A stretch of 64,000 nucleotides of DNA from positions 4,751-68,750 of the forward strand of contig CAJXNT010000003.1 of the NCBI GenBank assembly GCA_913057225.1. The letters run 5' to 3'. This DNA is from an uncultured Mycoplasmatota bacterium (GTDB lineage: Bacteria; Bacillota_I; Bacilli_A; Izemoplasmatales; Izemoplasmataceae). Of this stretch, positions 37,528 through 47,179 are shown in pieces (position 1 is the stretch's first letter; every line of letters begins with the position of its first letter). A model generated the notes under the pieces. That model made no database searches. It was not told the DNA's origin and saw nothing but the letters and a program-made list of their open reading frames with translations. The position numbers were made by a program, and so were the translations under genes.

Positions 37528-38352
37528 CTAGTGTTGGCAGGATTTACAATAATACGTCGATCGTCCCCCAATTTTAATGCGGCGAATGGGGGTTTGACAG
37601 ATCCGACAGGGTTCGTTTTCTAACGTGTGGACATAGAGTTCATTTTGAAACAATCCATCAATGCCCAGCGTATTTTCATAGGTGCGAATGGTCGTTCCAC
37701 CGAGTTCAACGGCACGCGTTAAAATGGTTTTGACACATTCGGCTAGACGTTCAAGACGTTTAAGCGATATCTTATGCGCTTTGGTGCGTGGGTGAATGCC
37801 CGCACAAAAGAGCACTTCATCGGCGTAAATGTTGCCGAGCCCTAAGATGATGGATTGATCGAGTAAGACCGATTTAATGGGCGCTTGACGCGCGTGCATC
37901 TTCGCGTTTAAGTAGGCAGCGGAAAACCCGTCATCCCATGGTTCTAACCCGAGGCCTTTAAGCGGTGGTAACGTCTTCAGCGTCACTGGTTTTTGGTATA
38001 GATCAAACGTGCCGAAGGTCCGCACATCGTGATAGATCACATGCCGGCCTCGGGTAAGTTGTATTCTAACATGCTCGTGGGTCATTTTTGGGACGTTTTC
38101 TTCGGCGATGAGAAATTTTCCTTCCATCCGTAGATGGGAAATCATCACCCAGTCATCCAGGTCCCAAATCAAGTGTTTTCCGCGGCGCGAAAGCGCGCGG
38201 ATGGTTTGCTGCGCAAGCCCGCGTTCAAACGTTTCCGCGTCATGCGTGCGGATCATCCGGGGTAAAAATACCTGCACGTGAGAAATGGTTTCGCCTTTAA
38301 TAAAAGGCTCCAGCGAGCGCCGGACGGTTTCAACTTCAGGAAGTTCCGGCAT
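37528..38352 (-). CDS. mutM: Formamidopyrimidine-DNA glycosylase
   Basis: MPELPEVETVRR N-terminus, C-terminal Zn-finger CRICQ..YYCKSCQ. Confidence 0.95.
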   Translation of the reverse strand: MPELPEVETVRRSLEPFIKGETISHVQVFLPRMIRTHDAETFERGLAQQTIRALSRRGKHLIWDLDDWVMISHLRMEGKFLIAEENVPKMTHEHVRIQLTRGRHVIYHDVRTFGTFDLYQKPVTLKTLPPLKGLGLEPWDDGFSAAYLNAKMHARQAPIKSVLLDQSIILGLGNIYADEVLFCAGIHPRTKAHKISLKRLERLAECVKTILTRAVELGGTTIRTYENTLGIDGLFQNELYVHTLENEPCRICQTPIRRIKIGGRSTYYCKSCQH

Positions 38353-40943
38353 TATTTCGCCTCATATAGTGTCGCCCCATAGGCGATGTTCACCGTTAAG
38401 GGCACACGTAAATCAAGCACCGATTCCATCGTCGATTTGACGAGCGCTTGCACGGTTTCGATTTCACCTTCAGGCACGTCTAACACCAGCTCATCGTGAA
38501 TTTGTAAGATCATCTGACTTTTCAAATTCTGGGCTTTGAGCGCCTGGTCCAAATCCACCATCGCTTTTTTAATGATGTCCGCTGCGCTGCCTTGCAATGG
38601 CGCATTCATCGCGGTCCGCTCACCGAAACTGCGCACCATGTAATTGCTTTGCTCGAGTTCTTTGATGGTCCGTCGGCGATTAAGCAAGGTCTTCGCGTAG
38701 CCTTTGTCGTAAGCTTTGGCCACGAAGCCATCCAAGGTGGCTTTGATGGCCCCAAAATCTTCATAGTACCGGCCGATAAACGCTTCCGCGTCTTTTTTGG
38801 AAATACCCAGTTCTTCAGAAAGGCCAAAACTGGACTGGCCATAAATGATGCCGAAATTGACCGCTTTGGCCATGCGGCGTTCATCCGCGGAAATCGTGTC
38901 TTTGCCAAACACTTTTTGGGCGGTGATGGTATGAATGTCTTCGCCCGCATTAAAGGCGGCCATCATCGTCTCATCTTGAGCATAATGCGCCAGAAGTCTC
39001 AGTTCGATTTGTGAATAATCACTGGCGAGCAACACATGGCCATCTTCGGCGGTGAATACTTTTCTGAGGGCTTGGCCGGTTTGCGTGCGGATCGGGAGAT
39101 TTTGCAAATTGGGCTCAATGGACGATAGGCGACCGGTTTGCGTGAGGGCTTGTTTGTAGATGGTATGAATGCGGCCGTTGTGCGCCGCTTCTTTTAAGCC
39201 TTTGGCGTAGGTTGATTGCAACTTGGTCACGGTCCGGTAGCGCATGATGTCGGGAATGATGGGATGTTTATCTTCCAGTTTCTTTAAGACATCTACGTTG
39301 GTCGAATAGCCGGTTTTGGTTTTTTTAATGACGGGAAGGCCGAGCCGTTCAAAGAGGATTTCTCCGAGTTGTTTGGGGGAGCCAATGTTAAACGGTTCAC
39401 CGGCTCTAAAATAAATGGTTTCTTCAAGCGCACTGATTTCTTCCAACAACGATTGATTAAACGTTTCAAGCGCCTCCAAATCAATCTTAATGCCAGTCAT
39501 TTCCATCTGGGCAAGCACGCGTGCCAGGGGCATTTCAATCGTCTCAAAAAGCGTCATTTGATCGTGGGCTTTAAGCACATCTTCGAGTGGCTTTTTGGCC
39601 ATGTAAAGGGCGCGCGCCTTTTCTTGAGCGTGCGCTTTTAAGATGGCGTCTTCAGGGATTCGTGCTTTGGCCCCTTTGCCGTAGACTTCTTCGTCATAGC
39701 GAAAATCAGGATCTTGATCTAAGTATTGCAGCATGGCTTTAAATCCATCCCCTGTGGCGAGGGGATCGATGACATAGCCCGCAAGCAACCCATCAAAAAC
39801 GGGGCCGCTGAGGGTCATGTTTTCTTTGGCCAAGGAGACGATGAGGCGTTTGATGTCGTAGGTGATTTTTACTTGATCACCCGAGAAAAACGCTTGAACC
39901 GACGGATTTTTCAGGGCGTCTTGATAGGATAAATACCGTGCGCCTTGCGCATTGTAAAAGCCAAATCCCAAAGGCTCATGCGTGTGATAGTTGTCGCCGA
40001 ATGATTCGAACATGATGGCGGTAGGTTCGGTGAAATACTCGTCCCAAGGCGTCTTTGATTCTTTGAGCGGAGCCGCGGGCTTCGGGGATTCTAACCGCTT
40101 CAACAAGGAGTGAAATTCCATCGTTTCATAAAACGATTTTAACGACGGTTTGGCGCCTTGGTAGGCTAAGTCTTCCAGCGCAAAGTCCATCGACGCATCC
40201 AAAATGAGACGCGCCATATCGCGCCAACGGAACGCATCATCTTGGTGGGTGATGAGCCGTTCTTTGAGTTTGCCTTTGATTTCATTGATGTTTTGGTAGA
40301 GCGTTTCTAAATCGCCATATTCGATGAGCAGTTTCAGCGCGGTTTTTTCACCCACGCCAGGAATGCCGGGTAAATTATCGGAACTATCGCCCATCAACCC
40401 TTTAAGGTCTGGCACTTGAGATGGGGTGATGCCCCATTTTTCTTGGAGTTTGCCCGCATCAAAGAGCGTGTCCGATTGGCCTTTTTGGCTGACTCTGATT
40501 TTGACCTTGTCGTTGATGATTTGATAGAGATCTTTATCCGATGACATGATTTCAATCGACTCAAAGGCGTCGTAAAATTGATGCGCGGTGGCGGCGATGA
40601 TGTCATCGGCTTCTAAGGCTTTGTGCTGAAAGGCAAAAAATCCGAGATGATCGATCAACTCGGATATGTAGGGCAATTGCATGCGGAATTCTTCCGGCAT
40701 CTTTTTGCGACCGGCTTTATAGTCCGGATACGATTGATGACGATGCGTTTCTTTGCCATCGTCAAAGGCGACCAGCACGTGCGTAAAGTCATCTTTCATG
40801 ACTTTATTTAAGATGTTGACCAGCCCGTATAACGCGTTGGTATAAAGGCCATCTGAGCGTTTCATTAAATGCCCGGAATACGCCGTCCCGTAATACGCTT
40901 TAAACATGATATTGGAGCCATCAATCAGCAATAAACGTGCCAT
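38352..40943 (-). CDS. polA: DNA polymerase I
   Basis: 5' nuclease domain, polymerase motifs DYSQIELR and QIHDELV. Confidence 0.95.
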   Translation of the reverse strand: MARLLLIDGSNIMFKAYYGTAYSGHLMKRSDGLYTNALYGLVNILNKVMKDDFTHVLVAFDDGKETHRHQSYPDYKAGRKKMPEEFRMQLPYISELIDHLGFFAFQHKALEADDIIAATAHQFYDAFESIEIMSSDKDLYQIINDKVKIRVSQKGQSDTLFDAGKLQEKWGITPSQVPDLKGLMGDSSDNLPGIPGVGEKTALKLLIEYGDLETLYQNINEIKGKLKERLITHQDDAFRWRDMARLILDASMDFALEDLAYQGAKPSLKSFYETMEFHSLLKRLESPKPAAPLKESKTPWDEYFTEPTAIMFESFGDNYHTHEPLGFGFYNAQGARYLSYQDALKNPSVQAFFSGDQVKITYDIKRLIVSLAKENMTLSGPVFDGLLAGYVIDPLATGDGFKAMLQYLDQDPDFRYDEEVYGKGAKARIPEDAILKAHAQEKARALYMAKKPLEDVLKAHDQMTLFETIEMPLARVLAQMEMTGIKIDLEALETFNQSLLEEISALEETIYFRAGEPFNIGSPKQLGEILFERLGLPVIKKTKTGYSTNVDVLKKLEDKHPIIPDIMRYRTVTKLQSTYAKGLKEAAHNGRIHTIYKQALTQTGRLSSIEPNLQNLPIRTQTGQALRKVFTAEDGHVLLASDYSQIELRLLAHYAQDETMMAAFNAGEDIHTITAQKVFGKDTISADERRMAKAVNFGIIYGQSSFGLSEELGISKKDAEAFIGRYYEDFGAIKATLDGFVAKAYDKGYAKTLLNRRRTIKELEQSNYMVRSFGERTAMNAPLQGSAADIIKKAMVDLDQALKAQNLKSQMILQIHDELVLDVPEGEIETVQALVKSTMESVLDLRVPLTVNIAYGATLYEAK

Positions 40944-40988
40944 AAAAAATCTCCTTCACAACTGGAGATATTGTACCACACCATGGGC

Positions 40989-41017
40989 AAAAAAAATACT
41001 CAGCTCGGCTGAGTATT
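40989..41017 (-). terminator. Intrinsic terminator of acpP
   Basis: AATACTCAGC-cga-GCTGAGTATT followed by T-run on minus strand; stem overlaps the stop codon. Confidence 0.85.
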
Positions 41018-41243
41018 ATTTCGTTTTCGATTGGATGTAATCGATGATGGTTTGCACCGTCACTAAGCCGTTGGCGGCTTCGTCATCGATTTCGATATCG
41101 AAGGCTTCTTCGAAAGCCATGATCAGTTCTACGGCATCGAGTGAATCGGCGTCTAAATCATCGATAATGTTGGAATCTTTACGGATGGTCGCAGGGTCAA
41201 TGCCCAACTCATCGGCAATGATGTCTCGGACTTTTTCAAACAT
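41016..41243 (-). CDS. acpP: Acyl carrier protein
   Basis: 75 aa, phosphopantetheine site LDADSLDAVEL. Confidence 0.9.
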   Translation of the reverse strand: MFEKVRDIIADELGIDPATIRKDSNIIDDLDADSLDAVELIMAFEEAFDIEIDDEAANGLVTVQTIIDYIQSKTK

Positions 41244-41279
41244 GTCAATTCTCCTTAAATTGTAAAAGAAGTTCGATTA

Positions 41280-41309
41280 ATTATAAAAAACTCTCGCGGT
41301 TTTTGTCAA
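41280..41309 (-). promoter_or_regulatory. Sigma-A-type promoter of acpP
   Basis: TTGACA - 18 nt - TATAAT on minus strand directly after the coaX stop. Confidence 0.65.
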
Positions 41310-41312
41310 TCA

Positions 41313-42035
41313 TTAACGTTTAAGCGCCATATGCTTGAGTCCCCTGTGAATGAGCACGGGATCAAAGTGATAGGTTTCGGGCAATAACGGCTGGATGAGA
41401 TGCATCGCTCCCCCAGTGATGTAAACATCGGTCGCCGCATCCTTGAGCGTGTCCACAAACCCTTGGATTTGATAGGCGTGGCCATATAAAAATCCGGCGT
41501 TCAGCGCGGTGATGGTGGAATCGCCCAGGGGCGATTTAGGAATCACAAAGGGAAACTCTGAAAGTTGGGAGGCTTTATCGACCAAGCAGGCCCTGGCACT
41601 GTCCAGCCCGATCATGATGGAAACGCCCATCAAGGCCGCGTCTTCCACCAAGGAAACGGTGGTGGCGGTGCCCATATCAACGATGATGGCGCGCTTCGAC
41701 CCCGAGGCGATCGCCCCCGCCGCAGCCGCCACTAAATCGGCGCCCACTTCTTTGGGGTTGGTCACGGGCAATTTCACACCGGTTTTCACGCCGGGCCCCA
41801 CAAACGTCGGTTTCAAGCCGAAGTAGCGTTCAAACAAACTTTCAAACGTCGGCGTGAGGGCCGGGACCACGCTGGAGATGATGACATCATCGCAGTCCAC
41901 CAGAATCTCTTTAAATCGCTGATGGTATTCGTCGCTCGACCGGCTTTTGACCGTCTCAAAACGAAACGTTTCAAGCGAGGCGTCATGGCGCGCGATTTCA
42001 ATGTTGGAATTGCCGATGTCGATCGTGTAAAGCAT
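41313..42035 (-). CDS. coaX: Type III pantothenate kinase
   Basis: MLYTIDIGNSNIE N-terminus, ..VDMGTATT.. actin-fold phosphate motifs. Confidence 0.88.
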   Translation of the reverse strand: MLYTIDIGNSNIEIARHDASLETFRFETVKSRSSDEYHQRFKEILVDCDDVIISSVVPALTPTFESLFERYFGLKPTFVGPGVKTGVKLPVTNPKEVGADLVAAAAGAIASGSKRAIIVDMGTATTVSLVEDAALMGVSIMIGLDSARACLVDKASQLSEFPFVIPKSPLGDSTITALNAGFLYGHAYQIQGFVDTLKDAATDVYITGGAMHLIQPLLPETYHFDPVLIHRGLKHMALKR

Positions 42036-42036
42036 G

Positions 42037-42621
42037 CTAATCTCCTAACCGTAATGCGTCTTTGACCCTCACGGCAATCGGAGCGGCCAGCAAGAGAGCC
42101 GCGGCGATCTCAAAAAGACCGTTGGCAAGCAGCACGCCCCATAAAAAGGGTAAGAATCCACCCACGGAATCGGTGAATTCGGCGAGCGGGTTAAAGAGGG
42201 GCGAAAAGACGTAAAAACTGCCCAACACAAAGACCGTATGGGCGAATGTTGAAAGGGCAAAGACTAAAGGAATGTTGATGTAATCCGATTTAAAAGGCTT
42301 GAGTTTTAACGTAAGCGTTGCCAGGACGACCCCAAACAAAAATCTTGGGAGGACCGAAATGAGCGGGTTTTGAAAGAGGAGATCGACCGGTGTCACCGGA
42401 CGAATGAGGGCTTGGGAAAACGATGCGAGTCCAAACGCAACCCCTAAGCCAATGGCCACTTTTTTGCCTCCCAGATAACCGCCGATGAGGACGGGTAAGT
42501 GAATGATGGTGAGGGCAATGAAGCCAATTTGAATGAAGCCAAATTGCGGAATGAATGCCATCAAGGCAATGATGGCTGAAAAAAGACCGAGTATGGTAAT
42601 ACTCTCAACGGTTCGACGCAT
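42037..42621 (-). CDS. ECF-transporter substrate-specific (S) component, possibly pantothenate (PanT-like)
   Basis: 194 aa, six hydrophobic helices, typical S-component size. 1-nt gap to coaX. Substrate inferred from context only. Confidence 0.55.
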   Translation of the reverse strand: MRRTVESITILGLFSAIIALMAFIPQFGFIQIGFIALTIIHLPVLIGGYLGGKKVAIGLGVAFGLASFSQALIRPVTPVDLLFQNPLISVLPRFLFGVVLATLTLKLKPFKSDYINIPLVFALSTFAHTVFVLGSFYVFSPLFNPLAEFTDSVGGFLPFLWGVLLANGLFEIAAALLLAAPIAVRVKDALRLGD

Positions 42622-42693
42622 GAACTTCTCCTTATTTTAGGCCTACACAGTAGGTCCCCTATAATCTTTAGTGCGTGCGCTAATTATTATACC

Positions 42694-43758
42694 TTAAACG
42701 TTGGCTTGAATGGTTTTAAAACTCTCCGCATTGATCGAGCGAATGAGCGTGAGTAACATGGCTTTGACACTCTCGTAATCATCGGTGTGAATCATCGAGG
42801 TGTTGGAATGAATGTAGCGAGCGGGCATGCCGATGGTGGCCACGACCACCCCAGATTTTGAATACTGGGCCTTGGCCGCATCGGTGCCGCCTTTGGATTG
42901 ATAGTATTGATATTTAATCTGATGTTTTTCAGCCAGATTTAAAATGTGAGCTTTCATGCCTTGATGCATGAGGGCCACGGGGTCATAAAAGCGGACCAAA
43001 AAGCCGCCCCCTAAATGCCCAGAAACCTCATCGCCATCAAAGACATCGGCACACGGGGAAGCATCGACCGCAATGAAAATGTCTGGGTCAATCATGTACG
43101 TGGATGTTTGCGCGCCCCGGAGACCGACTTCTTCTTGCACCGTCGCGCCCACATAGAGCTCACACTCCAGGGCTTCCCCGTGCAATGTTTTTAACACGTC
43201 AAGGGCCATGCCGGCCCCGAAACGATTGTCCCACGCTTTGGAAAATATCTTTTTCCCATCTTTGGAGACGGTGTATTGATTTTCAGAGATCACTTGTTGA
43301 CCGATTTTGACCCCAAGTTCAAGGGCGTGCTCTTTGGAATCGGCGCCGATATCAAGGCGTAAATCTTCAAATTTTACGGGTTTTTCCGCCGCGCTGGACC
43401 CCCGGGTCAGATGCGGCGGTTTGGAAGCGGTGACCCCAGGAACCAGGCCATCTTCCGTGATGATGTTCATGCGTTGAGATAAAAAGACATCGCCTTTCAT
43501 CCCCCCTAAAGGCATCATTTTAATCAGCCCATGCTTAGTGATGCCGGTGACCAGGCCGCCGACTTCGTCCATGTGCCCTGCAATCATCACGCGGGGGCCT
43601 TTGGCGCCCGGGTTGACCTGTGCAAAAACACTGCCCAAGCGGTCTTGAATGATGGGGACGCCCACATCGTTCATCACTTTTTTCATGTAATCACGCACCG
43701 GTTTTTCAAAACTCGGCGCGCCGGGGAGTTCGACAAGATCTTTATAAACGGGATCCAT
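42694..43758 (-). CDS. M42-family metallo-aminopeptidase
   Basis: ..VMIAGHMDEVG.. and ..VQEEVGLRGA.. metal-ligand motifs; start trimmed to M22. Confidence 0.8.
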   Translation of the reverse strand: MDPVYKDLVELPGAPSFEKPVRDYMKKVMNDVGVPIIQDRLGSVFAQVNPGAKGPRVMIAGHMDEVGGLVTGITKHGLIKMMPLGGMKGDVFLSQRMNIITEDGLVPGVTASKPPHLTRGSSAAEKPVKFEDLRLDIGADSKEHALELGVKIGQQVISENQYTVSKDGKKIFSKAWDNRFGAGMALDVLKTLHGEALECELYVGATVQEEVGLRGAQTSTYMIDPDIFIAVDASPCADVFDGDEVSGHLGGGFLVRFYDPVALMHQGMKAHILNLAEKHQIKYQYYQSKGGTDAAKAQYSKSGVVVATIGMPARYIHSNTSMIHTDDYESVKAMLLTLIRSINAESFKTIQANV

Positions 43759-44392
43759 GAGGTACCTTCTTTCGTGCCACACAGGCGTGGATGGGATAGG
43801 TTTTTCCGTATCGTTCTTCAAATTCGGTGGGCGTATTGGCCCACGAAGTCTGTTTTAAATCGGTGGTGAAATCGGTGATTTCAAAGCCCGTGGCTTTGAG
43901 GGTCGCCAGCGAATAAAAAAACAGCGAGCGGTTGTCCGTTTTCAACCGAATTTCTCCATCATCTTTCAAAATATGGTGGTATTTTTCCAGTCTTGAAGGC
44001 GTCGTGAGCCGTCTTTTTTCATGCCGCGCTTTCGGCCAAGGATCGGAAAAATTGAGATACACCGTCTGTACGCTTTGCGGGGGAAATAACGCATCAATCA
44101 TCGTCGCATCGCCGCTGACAAACGTGATGGTATCGACCGGATTGCGGTCGTATTTTTTGAGGGCTTTGACGAGAATGGTTTCGTATTTTTCAAACGCGAA
44201 AAAATGCACATCGGGATGTTTAGGCGCCAGCGCCGTGATGAAACCGCCTTTCCCACATCCCAGTTCCACCGCCATCGTAGCTTTCGTGGATGCCTGGGAT
44301 AAATCGGCCGGATGTTCGGGGTCTAAAATGACCACACGCTCGGGGCGTGCGGCCAATTTTTCGTGCGCATGGGCATCGGAACGTAAGCGCAT
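43742..44392 (-). CDS. trmB: tRNA (guanine-N7)-methyltransferase
   Basis: SAM motif VELGCGKGGF, ..NFSDPWPK..H.KRRL.. Confidence 0.88.
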   Translation of the reverse strand: MRLRSDAHAHEKLAARPERVVILDPEHPADLSQASTKATMAVELGCGKGGFITALAPKHPDVHFFAFEKYETILVKALKKYDRNPVDTITFVSGDATMIDALFPPQSVQTVYLNFSDPWPKARHEKRRLTTPSRLEKYHHILKDDGEIRLKTDNRSLFFYSLATLKATGFEITDFTTDLKQTSWANTPTEFEERYGKTYPIHACVARKKVPHGSRL

Positions 44393-44394
44393 GA

Positions 44395-45783
44395 TTAACT
44401 TTCTGCGAGGCGTTTAATCGCCGCCATGTAAAGCATTGTGCCCGCCAAGTAATCACTTTTTGAGACGTGCTCATTGGCTTGGTGGGCCACTTCAATGCGA
44501 CCCGGGAAGGCCATCCCAAAGGCCACCCCATTGGGAATGGAGCGGGCATACGTGCCGCCGCCAATGGTGATGGGCTGACTTTCTAAATCGCCGGTGCCTT
44601 CACGGTACACACTGAGAAGGGTTTGCACCAAATCGGCGTTGGGGTCGTTGTAATGCACGGGACGGTTGCTTTCAAAGACGTACTCTAAGCCGTATTTTTT
44701 CGCTTCTTTTTTGAGCGTGGCTTCGGCTTTCGGGACGTCATACCCTTTCGGGTAGCGGCAATTGAAATGAATCGACACTTTTTCTTTGGAGTACCGGAAC
44801 ATGCCGTTGTTCATCGTCAAGTTTTTCATTTCATCATCGTAATAATCGATGGCGAGTTTTTCGCCCAAGGCATCAAACAAGAGTTTTTCGGCGATCACTT
44901 GGATAAACCCGTTTTCGATGTGTTCATTGAGAAATTGTGCGAGTAAGTACCCAGCATTCAGCCCTGAATCGGGGGCCATGGCATGGGCCGCTTTTCCTTT
45001 AATGATGTATTTATTGCCATCGACCGAACCCCGGTAGTTGTTGGCCCCTAAAAAGCGTTCAAACGCTTCTTTTAAGTCCACATCTAAAATGGCGTAGGCT
45101 TCATCGGGCACCACGTTGCTTCGCAAGCCTGAATAAAACTCCACCAGCGGGCCTGGTTCATAAGTACCTTCAAAGGTAAAGTTAAAGAAGCCTTTTTCCC
45201 CGTAAATCAGGGGGAATAATGCGTCAGGCGCAAATCCGATGGTGGGCATTTCCTCGGTTTTAAAGTATTCTTTGAGGCCGCGCCATCCCGATTCTTCATC
45301 CGTGCCTAAAATGATGCGGATGCGTTTTTTTGGGGCGAAATCTTCAACGTGATCGCGCAAAAGCTTGAGGGCCATGTAAGCGGCCATCGTTGGGCCCTTG
45401 TCATCCATCGCCCCCCGGGCGTAGATTTTTCCGTCTCTGAGTTCCGGTTGAAACGGATCGGATTCCCATTTTTCACTGCGGTTGGCGGGGACGACATCGA
45501 CGTGGCATAAAATGCCTAAGAGGTCTTCGCCTTCGCCAAATTCAATATGCGCCGCATAGTTGTTGATGTTTTTGGTGACAAAGCCATCTTTTTTGGCGAG
45601 ATCCAGCATGTAATGCAGGGCCTCGTTCACACCCTCGCCGAACGGCGCGTTGCGGCTGGGGTCAAAACGGTCTAACACACTTTCGATTTTCAATAGGCCA
45701 TAGAGCCTTTTTAAGAGGGTTGATTCATTTTTTTCCACGAGCTTTGTAAATGCATTGTTGACGGACCATTTGGTCTCTTCCAT
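44395..45783 (-). CDS. pepV: M20-family dipeptidase PepV
   Basis: ..CHVDVVP.., ..GAMDDKGP.., ..GTDEESG.. motifs, 462 aa. Confidence 0.85.
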   Translation of the reverse strand: MEETKWSVNNAFTKLVEKNESTLLKRLYGLLKIESVLDRFDPSRNAPFGEGVNEALHYMLDLAKKDGFVTKNINNYAAHIEFGEGEDLLGILCHVDVVPANRSEKWESDPFQPELRDGKIYARGAMDDKGPTMAAYMALKLLRDHVEDFAPKKRIRIILGTDEESGWRGLKEYFKTEEMPTIGFAPDALFPLIYGEKGFFNFTFEGTYEPGPLVEFYSGLRSNVVPDEAYAILDVDLKEAFERFLGANNYRGSVDGNKYIIKGKAAHAMAPDSGLNAGYLLAQFLNEHIENGFIQVIAEKLLFDALGEKLAIDYYDDEMKNLTMNNGMFRYSKEKVSIHFNCRYPKGYDVPKAEATLKKEAKKYGLEYVFESNRPVHYNDPNADLVQTLLSVYREGTGDLESQPITIGGGTYARSIPNGVAFGMAFPGRIEVAHQANEHVSKSDYLAGTMLYMAAIKRLAES

Positions 45784-45806
45784 GATTCCACCTCACTATG
45801 CGATAT

Positions 45807-45835
45807 AGTCTATCACTTGGGGGGGGTTTTCTCAA
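45807..45835 (-). promoter_or_regulatory. Candidate promoter of pepV with a C8 (plus-strand G8) tract in the spacer
   Basis: Minus strand TTGAGA - AAACCCCCCCCAAGTGA (17 nt) - TAGACT, then SD gaggtgg and ATG. Confidence 0.55.
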
Positions 45836-45846
45836 GGCATATTCAT

Positions 45847-45878
45847 AAAAAAAGGCGACCCCCAAATGGGGAATCGCC
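45847..45878 (-). terminator. Intrinsic terminator of tyrS
   Basis: GGCGATTCCC-(c)attt-GGGGGTCGCC followed by T7 on minus strand. Confidence 0.8.
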
Positions 45879-45881
45879 GGA

Positions 45882-47129
45882 TTATGCGGACGGGGAAAGA
45901 TCGATCAACCCGTAGGCTTTTTTGCCTTTTTTTAAGATGATGTAACGGCCGTGGTAGGCATCTTTATGGTCTAACACCCGGGCATCATCTTGGGTTTTTT
46001 CGCCGTTGATGGCGATGGCGTTTTGTTTGATGAGGGTCCTCGCTTGCGATTTGGATGGGGCCAGTTCGGTGGCCACTAAGGCATCAATCAGGGATAGCGC
46101 TTGCGGACTTTGATGAGCTTTGACGCCCGCAAATGCCTCCTTGAAATCCGAAAGAGAAAGGGCGTCAAACGCATCGTGAAAGAGGGCCTCGGTGATTGAT
46201 AGCGCGGAGGCTAAGCCTTCCGGGCCGTGCACGAGTTCCGTGAGTTCTTCGGCAATGGCTTTTTGCGCATGGCGAAGGTGCGGCGTTTCGGCCATGGCCG
46301 TTTTGATGCTCGCAAGTTCACTGAGCGGTTTAAAGCTAAAGCGGTCGAGCATGACGAGGGCGTCATCATCGGCCAGATTGACCCAGTATTGATAAAACGC
46401 ATACGGCGATGTTTTTTCAGGGTCGAGCCAAATCGCGCCATCGGCAGTTTTTCCAAACTTGGTACCGTCGGATTTGGTGACCAAGGGAAAGACCATGCCA
46501 TAAGCTTTGGCCTCTGCGCCTTCCACTTTACGGATCAATTCAAGTCCCGCGGTGATGTTGCCCCACTGATCTTGGCCGCCAATTTGCAGTTGACAGTGAT
46601 GCTGTTGAAAAAGCACCAAAAAATCCAACGATTGGATGATTTGATAGGTAAATTCGGTGAATGAAATGCCGCTTTCAAGCCGTCTTTTGACGGTGTCTTT
46701 GGCCAACATTTGATTGAGGTTAAAGTGTTTTCCGACGTCTCTTAAAAAAGGAATCATCGAGTAGGTTTTTAACCAATCGTAATTGTTGACCACCTGCGCA
46801 CCGGGCAACAGTTTTTTCACTTGCGCCGTGAGCGCTTCGGCGTTTTTAAGCGAGGCTTCTAACGTCAGTAGATTTCGTTCTTTGTTTTTGCCTGAGGGAT
46901 CGCCAATCAAGCCGGTGCCACCGCCGATGACGAGAATCGGATGGTGCCCCGCGTTTTGCAGGCGCTTGGCCACGAGATACGTACTTAAATGGCCGACATG
47001 TAAGGAATCGCCCGTGGGATCGGCGCCCAAATAAAAGGTCAGGCCGCCTGCATCTAAAGCGTCATAAATGGCAGGATCGGACACATCGTAAATGAGTCCT
47101 CGTGTTTTTAATTCTTCGCTAAATTTCAT
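45882..47129 (-). CDS. tyrS: Tyrosine-tRNA ligase
   Basis: HVGH and KFGKT class I signatures, C-terminal S4 domain. Confidence 0.95.
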   Translation of the reverse strand: MKFSEELKTRGLIYDVSDPAIYDALDAGGLTFYLGADPTGDSLHVGHLSTYLVAKRLQNAGHHPILVIGGGTGLIGDPSGKNKERNLLTLEASLKNAEALTAQVKKLLPGAQVVNNYDWLKTYSMIPFLRDVGKHFNLNQMLAKDTVKRRLESGISFTEFTYQIIQSLDFLVLFQQHHCQLQIGGQDQWGNITAGLELIRKVEGAEAKAYGMVFPLVTKSDGTKFGKTADGAIWLDPEKTSPYAFYQYWVNLADDDALVMLDRFSFKPLSELASIKTAMAETPHLRHAQKAIAEELTELVHGPEGLASALSITEALFHDAFDALSLSDFKEAFAGVKAHQSPQALSLIDALVATELAPSKSQARTLIKQNAIAINGEKTQDDARVLDHKDAYHGRYIILKKGKKAYGLIDLSPSA

Positions 47130-47143
47130 CGTCTTATCCTTTT

Positions 47144-47169
47144 AAAAGCCTCAGCCTGGGGGCTGAGGC
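47144..47169 (-). terminator. Hairpin (terminator or attenuator) between ccpA and tyrS
   Basis: GCCTCAGCC-ccca-GGCTGAGGC followed by only TTTT, 14 nt before the tyrS ATG. Confidence 0.55.
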
Positions 47170-47179
47170 AATCGGGTTT

